From the IMG/VR virus record IMGVR_UViG_3300021961_000097, positions 1-60,876 of that record: a stretch of DNA of 60,876 bases; one strand, 5' to 3'. Both the position numbers and the translations under genes were made by a program. Positions 26,579 through 36,103 of the stretch are shown one piece after another. Source of the stretch: a virus. Its lineage: Duplodnaviria; Caudoviricetes. Every line of letters begins with the position of its first letter. Position 1 is the first letter of the stretch. The notes under the pieces were generated by a model. That model ran no database searches. It worked only from the letters and a program-made list of their open reading frames with translations, and had not been told where the DNA came from.

Positions 26579-27625
26579 TTATAAGATTCCTGCGGTTTTC
26601 GCGGAAGCGGCAGTTGATAAGGCACCTACACCCAGACCAATAGCCGACTGAAGTGGGCTGGCGGTTGGCGCGCTCTGCGCGGTCAGAGACATCTGCGTCG
26701 ACGGGGCGCCACGGTAGATATCTGACACAAAGCCTAGTTGCTGGTAGGGCGCCATCTGTTCCTGCAACTGCGTTGCACGGATGGCATCAAGCTGGCTTTG
26801 TGCAACCTGCCTTTCCAGGCCTCCGAGACCTGCCAGCAGACCAGTGTCTGCCGCGCCTAGTTGCTGAGTCTGAGCGCCGAGATTGGCGTATTGGGCGCCG
26901 AGAGCGCCTATCTGCGTACCGAACTGACCCAGCCCCTGCGCTCTTGCAAGGTCAGTGGACGCCTGTTGCGCGGTCAAAGCACCTATGCCCTGTCCTGCGG
27001 CGAGTTGACGCCCCTGTTGCGCCTCAAAGGACTGCTGTGCGGCCTGCTGTGCCTGGGCGAAGTTCTGCGCGTAGTCCTGCATAATCTTGTTCATCATTAG
27101 GTCTTGAATTCCACGCTCGAACTCGGCTCTCTGAACGCCTTCACGGGTGCCACCAAAGGCACCTGCACCGACCGCCTGCGCGGCCTGACCTTGACGTGCA
27201 ATATCGGCCTGTCTGCGCATCTCACCGAGTGCACGCTGAGTCACCTGCTCTTGATAGGGGTTCATGAACTGCTGGGCCATTGTCGGGTCATAGCCCATCG
27301 CGGCACTGCCGACGTAGTCCTGTGCGCGCTGGTACATCGGCGCTGTTTCAATTCCACCAATTAAGCCAGCACCAGCTTCAGATAGTCCCATGCCTCTTGT
27401 GAGACCCTGCGCACCGGCTTGAATGTAAGGTTCAAACGCGCCTATGCCCTGCTTGGCAAAGTCAATCGCTTGGATTTCAGTGGGTGAAAGGCCAGCGGCT
27501 TCCGTTGCAGGAAGCATCATGGGCTGTTGCGCCAGTTGTCGTGCGCTTTCCAGCAGGCCTAGCTTGTAAGCCTCAATGTCCGGTGCTTCGCGGACGATTT
27601 GTTCTTGGATAGTTGTGTCAACCAT
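26579..27625 (-). CDS. Internal virion / ejection protein (Gln/Ala/Gly-rich)
   Basis: FMNPYQEQV, GAGAFGGTR, Gly-rich hydrophobic C-terminus. Confidence 0.7.
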   Translation of the reverse strand: MVDTTIQEQIVREAPDIEAYKLGLLESARQLAQQPMMLPATEAAGLSPTEIQAIDFAKQGIGAFEPYIQAGAQGLTRGMGLSEAGAGLIGGIETAPMYQRAQDYVGSAAMGYDPTMAQQFMNPYQEQVTQRALGEMRRQADIARQGQAAQAVGAGAFGGTREGVQRAEFERGIQDLMMNKIMQDYAQNFAQAQQAAQQSFEAQQGRQLAAGQGIGALTAQQASTDLARAQGLGQFGTQIGALGAQYANLGAQTQQLGAADTGLLAGLGGLERQVAQSQLDAIRATQLQEQMAPYQQLGFVSDIYRGAPSTQMSLTAQSAPTASPLQSAIGLGVGALSTAASAKTAGIL

Positions 27626-29673
27626 TACGCCATCTGCCCCTCAAGTCTTTTCATCAACGCATACATACGTTTTGCGCCCTTCCTGCGTGATCCATCGCCC
27701 ATGCCCTTTACTGCCTTGGCAGTGAAGACAAACTCGCCGTCACTCAGCATTGCCGGGATATCGTCAGAGGTTCCAGTGCCGGGACCTGCAATGTGTCCGT
27801 TCTTGCGTGGAAATTCCTTCCTGGTCATTGGGCCACCGTGCGCCGCTCGACGCGGTTGTGCCAGAGGCATTGAACCGTAGCCTCCATATCCACTGGTTGT
27901 AGTGTACATCGGCCCTAGCTGAATGCCGTATTTCTCGGGATTCGCGGCGAGAAGTTCCGCACCTGTTGGCATATTGGCCAGCCCAAGCACGCCTTCAGGC
28001 TCTTCCTGCTCAAAGCCGCCGGTCAAGCCCATGATCCCGACCCCTGTGGCGGCAAGTGGGCCATATTGAGCCAATAAACCGGGAGTTTTGGCAAGAGCCG
28101 CTTTGTACGCTTCCTGGGCTAAAACTTTGTCACCAGTAGAGGCCAAGGTTTCTGCATAGGCCGTGTTTGCCGCCTCTTTTGCGGCCACTGAACCTCGCTC
28201 GGCGATTGCTTTGGGAGATATCTTGTCCCAGATGGCTTTTGGCGCAGACGTGACCCTATCAAGGATGCTTGGTGGGGGTTGCACGATATTAGCACTAGCT
28301 GGGGCACTAATGTTTGCGCCTGCCAATTCCCTCAAATCTGAAGGGTACAAGGTCATTGGTGAGCTTGTTCTTTGTGCAACGTCACGAACAGCCTGCGCTG
28401 TTGATGCTGGCGCACGGGCCTGGGCAACCGATTGTGCGGGTGCTGTTGGGCCTGTTTGCGGATAAGGGGCGCTAAAAGGATCGCCTCCAAAACCTTGCGC
28501 AGACCCGGTTCCGGCCATTTGCGCTGGTTGCCCCGCCGGTAGTGGCGCACTGGTTATCCCCTGCGCAGTGTTGACGTTGGCTGGAATACCGGGAGAGGCC
28601 GGAGTGCCTGCGCCTGCCAATTCAGAGACATCAGGTAAGGGGGTGCTGGTTATTCCCTGCGCAGTGTTGACGTTAGCTGGGATGCCGGGAGAAGCAGGCG
28701 CACCGGGGCCACCTAAGCCAACGAATTCTTTGAACTTATCAACTTGACCGCCAATCGTGGTGGCACCCTGGTAGCTACCCGCTTCAAAGCCTGCGGCGCC
28801 TTGAGTAACACCGCCTATGGCACCCGCTGTCAGGCCACCTATGGCACCCATTTTCAGGGCATCTTTCAAGTTTCCGCCTGCAAGAAGCGTGGAGCCTGCG
28901 CCACCGACAAAGCCCGAAACAGCCGCTACGCCGACAGACGACGTGACACCGAGCAAGCTGGCGGCGGCTGGACCCAAAAAGAAGCCCAGCGCGATGCTGG
29001 TGACAATCCGTCCTACGGTCGAACTGGCAAATTTTTTGACTGCCTTTCCGATCTTTTTGAAGACCTTTCCAACGCCCTTAAATAACTTTTTGAGGAAGAA
29101 CTCGGGAAGCCCTGTCTGGGGGTTGATCGTGCCGCTACCGCCCATCTGGCGAAGCATAGCGGCTTCTCGGGGACTGATATGGGCCAGCATGGTATCGCCG
29201 TAGCGTCCGGCACGCGCCATGCCAGCGGCAATGGGGTTGAGGGAGGCCAAACCGCCGTTGGCAAAGCCCATCGGAGGGGTCTGCATGCCGGAAGTGGCTC
29301 GAATCTCATCGATAGCCAGGTTCAGGGCACCGAAGAATTCCGGGTCGAAGGTCGGCGGCAGAAGGTCTTCTGGGATGTCCTGCGCCATGTACTTGGCGCG
29401 GATCATGGCGTAATCGGCGGGGTTCGCCAGGATTTCGTCCACCATTTGGTTCAGGACGTCCAGGACTTCGGGAGGCAGGTTCAGGCCCCGCAGTTCGGCT
29501 TTGAATTCAGCAACAGCGACAGGATCGGCTTCAGAGGCCGCACTCAACAATTCTTCGTTGAATTCGGTCGGAGAAACGTCTTGGCGAAGCTGTTCAAAAG
29601 CCGCTAGGTTCTCGGGGGTCATTTCATTTTGCGGGGAGGGCATCATCATCCCCGGCATCGCCATTTCAGCCAT
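27625..29673 (-). CDS. Internal virion protein with hydrophobic Gly-rich segment
   Basis: GRYGDTMLAHI...GTINPQTGLPEF; GPGTGTSDDIPAMLSDGEFV. Confidence 0.65.
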   Translation of the reverse strand: MAEMAMPGMMMPSPQNEMTPENLAAFEQLRQDVSPTEFNEELLSAASEADPVAVAEFKAELRGLNLPPEVLDVLNQMVDEILANPADYAMIRAKYMAQDIPEDLLPPTFDPEFFGALNLAIDEIRATSGMQTPPMGFANGGLASLNPIAAGMARAGRYGDTMLAHISPREAAMLRQMGGSGTINPQTGLPEFFLKKLFKGVGKVFKKIGKAVKKFASSTVGRIVTSIALGFFLGPAAASLLGVTSSVGVAAVSGFVGGAGSTLLAGGNLKDALKMGAIGGLTAGAIGGVTQGAAGFEAGSYQGATTIGGQVDKFKEFVGLGGPGAPASPGIPANVNTAQGITSTPLPDVSELAGAGTPASPGIPANVNTAQGITSAPLPAGQPAQMAGTGSAQGFGGDPFSAPYPQTGPTAPAQSVAQARAPASTAQAVRDVAQRTSSPMTLYPSDLRELAGANISAPASANIVQPPPSILDRVTSAPKAIWDKISPKAIAERGSVAAKEAANTAYAETLASTGDKVLAQEAYKAALAKTPGLLAQYGPLAATGVGIMGLTGGFEQEEPEGVLGLANMPTGAELLAANPEKYGIQLGPMYTTTSGYGGYGSMPLAQPRRAAHGGPMTRKEFPRKNGHIAGPGTGTSDDIPAMLSDGEFVFTAKAVKGMGDGSRRKGAKRMYALMKRLEGQMA
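28538..28704. repeat. Intragenic duplication, 96-nt period
   Basis: G(A/T)PASPGIPANVNTAQGITS(T/A)PLP twice. Confidence 0.9.
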
Positions 29674-29762
29674 TTTGCACCTATCAAAAGTGTGATTTTT
29701 TGCTGGACCACATGGGTCGGCGCGCCAGAGGACGCGAAATTACGAGCATTATGCGATTTTTG

Positions 29763-30095
29763 TTACGTTCTGTCCACTTCCAGGTAAGACAAGTAAAAAG
29801 TCACGGAACCCTCGGAAGACGTGACTTTCAGCACGTCCCCTTCCTCCATCACAAAGGGCACCCCGTTGAACACGTCCATGGACGTGCTTACCGCTAGACT
29901 TTTGTTTCGCAAGGCATAGTGCGCCGTGACATCCCCGCTGTCGTATTGGGTGACGGTCAGCAGGCTTGCGCTTGAGGACGCATTCGTCACGCGCAGGGAC
30001 CGGACGACCGCAGTGGTTGCGGTAGGCACGGTGTAAAGCGTGGTCTCTGTCGCCGCGCTTGGAATGCTGACCTGATGTAAATATCGATTTGCCAT
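29763..30095 (-). CDS. Small beta-rich tail/virion protein
   Basis: TTLYTVP...VRSLRVTN...VMEEGDVLKV...SYLE. Confidence 0.7.
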   Translation of the reverse strand: MANRYLHQVSIPSAATETTLYTVPTATTAVVRSLRVTNASSSASLLTVTQYDSGDVTAHYALRNKSLAVSTSMDVFNGVPFVMEEGDVLKVTSSEGSVTFYLSYLEVDRT

Positions 30096-30099
30096 TGCT

Positions 30100-31506
30100 T
30101 TAGCCTGTCAAATTAAAAAAGGACAGTGACGCCCAAGACGATCCCGTGGGAGTAGAGGAAAGTGTGCGCACCGCAATGGTGTAGATGTCGCTTGTGCCGC
30201 CGATTGTGGTTCCCAACTGCAAATCCCAATTATAGTCAGTGCGTTCGTCGGTGATGCCTCCAGCCTGAACAGTCGAAGACAAGTATGCCTGCGTAACGAT
30301 TGTGCCCCCGGTATAGGAGGTGGCAGACTCGTCAAACTCAACCGCAGAACTGTTTGGAATCGCTCCCCACGACGCCCCGGTTAGTGTTGGATTTTTCAAC
30401 AAGATGACCTCGTAGTCCTGTGACGTCACCGGAAAAACAATGGGTCTATCAACCAGCACTACACTTTCGGTATAGCCCGAAGCCAGCCGAATCGAGATCA
30501 ACGGCAAAAAGGTTGTGCTGATTGAGGCAAGGGCGGAACTTCTTCGTGCGACGGTTTTTAAAGCAGTTTCTTCGTAACCGCCCATCGAAAGCACAGAAGA
30601 GCAGACCTGCTTCATGCTGGTCGAGCCGGATGTCGCCCCGGTGTTGGTGATCTCGTACCTCACCGGCAAAATAGCGGTTTGCATGTAAACCGAAGTGTAC
30701 TCATTATCGTTGTGGAACGTATGGCAGATGACCAGTTGACCGTCCACAAAGAATCCACAACGAACATCGCCCGTCCCAAGCCACTCAAAGTCCATATAAA
30801 GAATTTGATTTTTTGTGAGGTCGAGCGTCCTGCCGCTTGGCCCGGTGCCGTCCATCTTGTCGCCATTCCAATTTGCTTGATCCACCGTTCTGGCATCGCT
30901 CGGCGTTCCAGGGGTCGGCGTTGAATTAGATCGCAAAACGAATGAAACCGTGCTGTCGTTTTGTTGCAGAAATACGCCATTCTCTTCGCTAAAATAGCCC
31001 ACCCTTTGGCGCAGATTAGTTTTTGCTGTGCCCATGACAAAGGTTGCCATTACAGCAAGCCCTTTCCCAGGCTGATAGGGCATAACCCTTTTTGTCTGCC
31101 TGACGACCTGATCACCGCTTGTGGTAGTTACATCCAGCGAAACAGATGATTCATTAGAAAGGTAAGTTGTAGTGCCACTTCCGGTGAGAGCAGTGTCAAA
31201 CTGGCTGTCGATTGCATACCGATTCTGACTGTCAAAAAGCGTATACGGCTGGACGGTAACAAGCCTGCCAAAGGCGTCGAGCGAATTGGATGGAAAAGTT
31301 ATTGATGTTGCCACTGACTCATCCTCGCCGCCACGGGACTCGAACCATGATACGGCAGATAGTGTGTTCTCACTTGAGACCGGCGTGTAGGTCGAGTTAA
31401 GCTGAAAAATAATCTGCTCAAGAGACCGCACCAGTTGGTTAAATTGCTCTGGACTATAGTCGCCTGCCGCCGCGTTAGGTAATCGGACATTCTGGATTTT
31501 GCTCAT
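30100..31506 (-). CDS. Virion protein: short N-terminal helix fused to large beta-rich domain
   Basis: After nozzle; DAFGRL, YQPGKG, WNGDKMDGTGPSG, DFEWLG.G.VRCGF. Confidence 0.65.
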   Translation of the reverse strand: MSKIQNVRLPNAAAGDYSPEQFNQLVRSLEQIIFQLNSTYTPVSSENTLSAVSWFESRGGEDESVATSITFPSNSLDAFGRLVTVQPYTLFDSQNRYAIDSQFDTALTGSGTTTYLSNESSVSLDVTTTSGDQVVRQTKRVMPYQPGKGLAVMATFVMGTAKTNLRQRVGYFSEENGVFLQQNDSTVSFVLRSNSTPTPGTPSDARTVDQANWNGDKMDGTGPSGRTLDLTKNQILYMDFEWLGTGDVRCGFFVDGQLVICHTFHNDNEYTSVYMQTAILPVRYEITNTGATSGSTSMKQVCSSVLSMGGYEETALKTVARRSSALASISTTFLPLISIRLASGYTESVVLVDRPIVFPVTSQDYEVILLKNPTLTGASWGAIPNSSAVEFDESATSYTGGTIVTQAYLSSTVQAGGITDERTDYNWDLQLGTTIGGTSDIYTIAVRTLSSTPTGSSWASLSFFNLTG

Positions 31507-33362
31507 CGGAGGCCATCAGGTTGAATGTCGACGCGCATTGTGCCATAGCGCCATGACGTGTCCACTTCATCGCTAGTGATTTTTAACTGAATCTGCCGAC
31601 CACGCGCCCTGGTATCCACCTTCTGAGTGCCAGGCGTAATGACGTATGGATCAAGCGAACTTGATGTGGCAGTAGCCTGGGGATAAGCACGCAGATAGAG
31701 GTTCACAGTCAGGTCGCCGTTCTGGTCCTTGAAGTCAGGTATAAAACGCTTCATATACATCATCTGATCGCCATCGCCGATGTCAAAATAACCAGAGGTG
31801 ATGAACGAAGTCATGGCGCTTCCGTTGGCGTTCTTCCCTTTCTCTTGCTCATAAACCATCGTCCTGCCTGCGGTCAGCCCATATATCGTGCTGATGGTGC
31901 TGGCGGTGCTATTGACTAGATATTCGGTAGCCATCGGATAGTCATAAGCGCCCACATCTTGCCACGCCGTGCGAGAAAGCGTCCCGGTTGACCAGACGTT
32001 CTCTAGATAGTTGTAGGTAACACAGCGGTTCACATAGTCACTACTGGCACTGCAATAAAACCATGTTATTTCATTGAACTGACTATTCAGGGAGGCGGCA
32101 ATCTTGTAGGACTGCACCAGATTAATGTCCTCAAAGACATAATCCTGGACAGTGGATGGCAGTTTCTTCACGGTGCCATCAAAGACATAAAACGCCTCTT
32201 TGCCCATCCAGAACGCCACCCCATTCACATCAATCGCGGCGTGTGGGCCGGTGCATCCGCAGTTAGCGCCAAGCTGGTTAAAGCCAAAAGTATACGGAGG
32301 TCCGATATACTGCATGCCGTGCAGGGAACTGTCGGTCAGGATAAGAATCTGACCACGCGATCTAATTGCACTGATGATTAAATTGCCATCGCTAAGTCGT
32401 TGTCCACCTGCGGTGTTGGTAGCAGTTTCTGCCCAGATGTTTACATTTTCTTGATTTGAAAAACGCACAAACATGGGGTCTTGCGTAGCGGCATCACCTA
32501 TTGTGGTTTCTGTTCCCAGCAGGACTAAGTGCCTGTCTGGGGTAGATACTATGGCATAGTTGCTTGTCGTGGGGGCACCTGCAATGATGGTTGCGCGAGT
32601 TGTTGTGCCAGCACTTAAATCCCAATAATAGGTGCCTCCGCCGGTATATTGACAGATTAAGTCTTCGCCAAACGTATCAAATTGCCAAATACGGGCAGAC
32701 AGGCTAATGCCAGTTCCGCTTGTTCTCGGAGTTCCCCACGTCCCGGCTCCCCAAGCACCAACGCCCCAGCCAAAGTCAAAATAACTAATATCAGAACCAA
32801 TATTGATCTGATACGCGCCAACTACTGAACCTCCGCCGTTGCCGGTGTCAGAAGCATCGGCATTAACTGGAGCGGTGATAGTGTAAGTGTTTGCATCAGT
32901 GATCGAGGTGATCTCGTATTCGCTATTCAGGATGGCCGCAGTAATCTGACCCCCCAGTGAAACAGCGCCAGAAAACGTGACAAAGTCACCCTCGATAGCA
33001 CCGTGAGCAGTGTCTGAAACCGTGATTGTCGGAGAGCCAGAAGAAGCGGAGAAAGTCACATCTCCTACGGCTGTTGTTACTCTGATTGGAGTGACGTCAG
33101 CAAAGCCACCGCCAGTTTCAACGTATAACTTGCGGCTAGTACCAACCGCCATGTAGGGGGTGCCATCTAGCGCCGTCCAGGTGAAGATATCAGAGGCGAA
33201 ACCAACCAAATATTGACCGTTGAATTCCTGCCAGCCGCCTATTTTTTCAGGCAAGCCATAGCGAAAACGGACGTTGTCGCCATCCGTCCAGCCGCCTTCA
33301 GCGCCGTACTCCGTGTTCTGTTTGTCGATGCCCGGTTTGAGGGCCAGTCGAAAAAAGGACAT
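31503..33362 (-). CDS. Tail nozzle / DNA stabilisation protein (P22 gp10-like role)
   Basis: Size, position, repeated beta-strand pattern; DNVRFRYGLPEKIGGW, WRYGTMRVDIQPDGLR. Confidence 0.7.
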   Translation of the reverse strand: MSFFRLALKPGIDKQNTEYGAEGGWTDGDNVRFRYGLPEKIGGWQEFNGQYLVGFASDIFTWTALDGTPYMAVGTSRKLYVETGGGFADVTPIRVTTAVGDVTFSASSGSPTITVSDTAHGAIEGDFVTFSGAVSLGGQITAAILNSEYEITSITDANTYTITAPVNADASDTGNGGGSVVGAYQINIGSDISYFDFGWGVGAWGAGTWGTPRTSGTGISLSARIWQFDTFGEDLICQYTGGGTYYWDLSAGTTTRATIIAGAPTTSNYAIVSTPDRHLVLLGTETTIGDAATQDPMFVRFSNQENVNIWAETATNTAGGQRLSDGNLIISAIRSRGQILILTDSSLHGMQYIGPPYTFGFNQLGANCGCTGPHAAIDVNGVAFWMGKEAFYVFDGTVKKLPSTVQDYVFEDINLVQSYKIAASLNSQFNEITWFYCSASSDYVNRCVTYNYLENVWSTGTLSRTAWQDVGAYDYPMATEYLVNSTASTISTIYGLTAGRTMVYEQEKGKNANGSAMTSFITSGYFDIGDGDQMMYMKRFIPDFKDQNGDLTVNLYLRAYPQATATSSSLDPYVITPGTQKVDTRARGRQIQLKITSDEVDTSWRYGTMRVDIQPDGLR

Positions 33363-33364
33363 AT

Positions 33365-33793
33365 CTACGCACCTTGATATTTGCCCGTAACCAGCATATC
33401 AGTCAATTCTACAGCACGTCGGCCAACTTGGGTACTCCAGCGGGAGTCCATAAACTCGGCTCGTGCGGTCTCCCAATCGCCGGTTTCCATGCCTGCCAGC
33501 GCCTTTTCAAACTTTAGCAGGCGAGTGAGGCCCAGATTAAAGCAGAGCGAGATCATCACGTCCTGACGCACCGGGTCCAGCTTGCTGTACCAGTCAAACG
33601 TCCTAGTCAACTCCTCAATGCAACGCTTCAGGTCATTAGCCAGGAGGTAGTCTACTTCATCATCGCTTAGACCCAGTGACCCCTCCGCAATACATCTCCC
33701 AACGCCAATGGTTTCGAGGCCCTCTGAATCAAGATAAACAAAATTGCGGACCCCTTCGTGCCTGCGCAACATCTCAATCAAGCGGTCAGCCAT
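33365..33793 (-). CDS. Endolysin, GH24 lysozyme
   Basis: RRHEG....YLDSEG..TIGVG (E-x8-D-x5-T), FNLG, SRWSTQVGRRA. Confidence 0.92.
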   Translation of the reverse strand: MADRLIEMLRRHEGVRNFVYLDSEGLETIGVGRCIAEGSLGLSDDEVDYLLANDLKRCIEELTRTFDWYSKLDPVRQDVMISLCFNLGLTRLLKFEKALAGMETGDWETARAEFMDSRWSTQVGRRAVELTDMLVTGKYQGA

Positions 33794-33936
33794 CAGCCCT
33801 GTCCCCTGTAACGCTTGTGGTTACGCTTCTGGTCTTTGCTCATGGTGCTTCTTTTGAATGCGCCACGACCGATGGACGTGCCTTTAATGCCCTTGCCTTC
33901 TTGGAGAAGATCAAAGTTATTAACTTGTTTAGCCAT
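33793..33936 (-). CDS. 47-aa basic peptide ending YRGQG (below ORF track cutoff)
   Basis: MAKQVNNFDLLQEGKGIKGTSIGRGAFKRSTMSKDQKRNHKRYRGQG; TGATG coupling to lysozyme. Confidence 0.7.
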   Translation of the reverse strand: MAKQVNNFDLLQEGKGIKGTSIGRGAFKRSTMSKDQKRNHKRYRGQG

Positions 33937-33938
33937 TG

Positions 33939-34643
33939 TCAGGCATAGTCTCCAGATAAATTTTGCTTTATTTCTTTAGCTAACATTTTTTTAATCCCAG
34001 CGTTCTTTATAGAATTGTAAAAAGGAATTAAAGATGTAAATGGCTTTTCTCTCTCTGTAATATACTTAAGTCCTGGGGCATGTCTAAAAAGAGTTATAAT
34101 TTTTTCAGTGAGCATAAAAGGAATAAACTTAATTTTTTCTTTTGTATGAAACTTTATATACCAAAGTAAATCGTCTTTTTGTATATTCCAATCAGTATCG
34201 TGCAAGAATTCAATAGACGCCTGCAATCCTCTTGGGTACTTTCCTATGTCTATTTGGCCTGTAATGTAATTCGCGTGTTGAATTGTTTTTTCTAAAAAAG
34301 GCGGATAAGAAGCAGTAACCAACAAACTTTTTTGCTCAGTGAATAAAAATATTGTGCCATATTGAATAGATCGCTTGTCCTGACTTGTTACCACAACTTC
34401 TCTATCATAATATTCTTGATTTAGAAGTTTAGAGCGTGTCTCTGTGCTACTAATATTTAAATGGTAGTCTCGTAAAGCTGGAATGCCGTACACATTATAA
34501 TAAAAGTTTTTTACTGAGGGGCATGCTCTAAAATCGTTTTTCCACTCTTCTCTATTTCTATCTTTCCAGTGTTTTTTTAATATACTTACCGGCTCTTTGC
34601 CCCAGACTGTAGCTTTATACGCATAGTATATTTTTATTGCCAT
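33939..34643 (-). CDS. AT-rich hypothetical protein, distant relative of 37522-38262
   Basis: RACP.....Y.IP...D; GQIDIGKYPR; IQKDDLLWYIKF. Confidence 0.7.
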   Translation of the reverse strand: MAIKIYYAYKATVWGKEPVSILKKHWKDRNREEWKNDFRACPSVKNFYYNVYGIPALRDYHLNISSTETRSKLLNQEYYDREVVVTSQDKRSIQYGTIFLFTEQKSLLVTASYPPFLEKTIQHANYITGQIDIGKYPRGLQASIEFLHDTDWNIQKDDLLWYIKFHTKEKIKFIPFMLTEKIITLFRHAPGLKYITEREKPFTSLIPFYNSIKNAGIKKMLAKEIKQNLSGDYA

Positions 34644-34684
34644 CTATTCCTCTTTCTTCGCTTTCTAACTTTCGGTGAAATTGC

Positions 34685-35158
34685 TTATTCGGTTTTATTA
34701 GATGCCCCGTAGTAAAAAGACACCAAGGCCCCCAAAATTCCGAAAATATTACCGAGGACCAATGACGTGATTGTGTCTGAATTGGCATCCGGCGGTTGCA
34801 AAGTAACTAAAAATATATAACCAAAAGAAAAAAATATGGCTAATGTTGCAAAGGCTTTTGGAAACCAGTCTTTTGCAAAATGCTTACGGGCGTCCTGCTT
34901 GTCCTGGGTTTCCAGCGCAAACAGGTCAACGTCCAGTTCCTTCATCTTGGCCTCAAACTTCAGTTCGGCCTTTTTGATCTCCGCAAGCTGTTCCGGGGTG
35001 ACTGTCTCAAACGCTGTCTCGATGGCCTGTGGGGTCGGTTCGCAACCCAGTACCCCGGCCAATACCTGACCCGCCATGCCGCCCAGAGGGCCACCCATAG
35101 CCGCACCGATGGTAGGCGCAATACCCCCGATCAGTCCTTTCAGCTTGTCGAATTTCAT
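34685..35158 (-). CDS. Putative holin / membrane protein
   Basis: IAPTIGAAMGGPLGG, two TM segments, SFYYGAS; near lysozyme. Confidence 0.65.
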   Translation of the reverse strand: MKFDKLKGLIGGIAPTIGAAMGGPLGGMAGQVLAGVLGCEPTPQAIETAFETVTPEQLAEIKKAELKFEAKMKELDVDLFALETQDKQDARKHFAKDWFPKAFATLAIFFSFGYIFLVTLQPPDANSDTITSLVLGNIFGILGALVSFYYGASNKTE

Positions 35159-35277
35159 GCGATAGCCAATATGATGATGCCAATGGCAATGCCGCTGACG
35201 ATCATGCCCAGTTGTTCATGGGTGCAATTCTGCACTAACTTCCAGCAAGGCGCACCTATCTTCTTGAAGATGATCAT
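35155..35277 (-). CDS. 40-aa membrane peptide (below ORF track cutoff)
   Basis: MIIFKKIGAPCWKLVQNCTHEQLGMIVSGIAIGIIILAIA; ATGA coupling. Confidence 0.6.
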   Translation of the reverse strand: MIIFKKIGAPCWKLVQNCTHEQLGMIVSGIAIGIIILAIA

Positions 35278-35286
35278 ATTTTTACC

Positions 35287-35535
35287 CTACCCGCCGAATT
35301 TTTCGACGACAAAAAGTAACAAAATAAAGGGGTAAATCCCCCAGACGAGTCTTTCCAGCTTATCAAACTTTTCACTACCGGCGGCTAGTCGCTCTTCAAT
35401 CGACTTGTACCGCAGGGCGCACTCAATTTCGTGGACATTTATTTTATTGATGGCTTCTGTAACGTCTTGTTGTACCGTTCTTTTTGGGGTTTTTACGGCT
35501 TTAGGGGCCGCTTTTTTCTTTGCAGTCGCCATCAT
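35287..35535 (-). CDS. Coiled coil + C-terminal TM protein
   Basis: HEIECALRYKSIEERL..GSEKFDKLE..VWGIY. Confidence 0.75.
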   Translation of the reverse strand: MMATAKKKAAPKAVKTPKRTVQQDVTEAINKINVHEIECALRYKSIEERLAAGSEKFDKLERLVWGIYPFILLLFVVEKFGG

Positions 35536-35540
35536 ACTAC

Positions 35541-36038
35541 CTATAAATAAAAGTTTTGGGCGGCATTTGCCGCACTCACAAAAGAAGCCATCAGCACAAG
35601 GGCACCCGTAGCAATCCCAATACCGATAAGAATTATAACAAAATCAATCATATCGCTTTTACGTTTAGCGGCGGCTCTGGCAAGTTCAAACCGCCGTTGT
35701 TTAATTATCCGCCGTTGCCGTTCAAATTCCCTAAGTGTATCGCCGTTTCCGCTGTAAATGAACAGTTCCCGCAAAGCCTTATATTTTGCGTCCATTTCGC
35801 GTTTTTGGAGGGCCAGTTCCATAGCCTCCTCTTCAACGCTTTTTCCGGCTATAAACTTAACGGTAGCCGACGTTTCTTGGTTCTTAATCCTGGCTTCGTG
35901 AAGGGTTTCCTGGCAGTCAAAAAACTTGGTCAGGCTACCCATCATTTCATGCAGTTCTTTCCCCTGCTGAACGCCAGCTTTTATGGCGTTGAAGGCTGAA
36001 TTTGCCGCGCCCAGAATAGCTACTGTTTCTGCGATCAT
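35541..36038 (-). CDS. Hypothetical protein with C-terminal TM
   Basis: AFNAIKAGVQQGKE...SVEEEAM...LRE; hydrophobic tail. Confidence 0.75.
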   Translation of the reverse strand: MIAETVAILGAANSAFNAIKAGVQQGKELHEMMGSLTKFFDCQETLHEARIKNQETSATVKFIAGKSVEEEAMELALQKREMDAKYKALRELFIYSGNGDTLREFERQRRIIKQRRFELARAAAKRKSDMIDFVIILIGIGIATGALVLMASFVSAANAAQNFYL

Positions 36039-36103
36039 GGCCCATAAAGCCTCACATTTGGCTATAAAATAAGCAGAAGAGTAATGGATTTTTGGCTTTT
36101 TTT

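Noticed and set aside
33365-36038. Spanin pair
   Set aside because: Several small membrane proteins are present but I found no convincing lipobox lipoprotein, so none is assigned.
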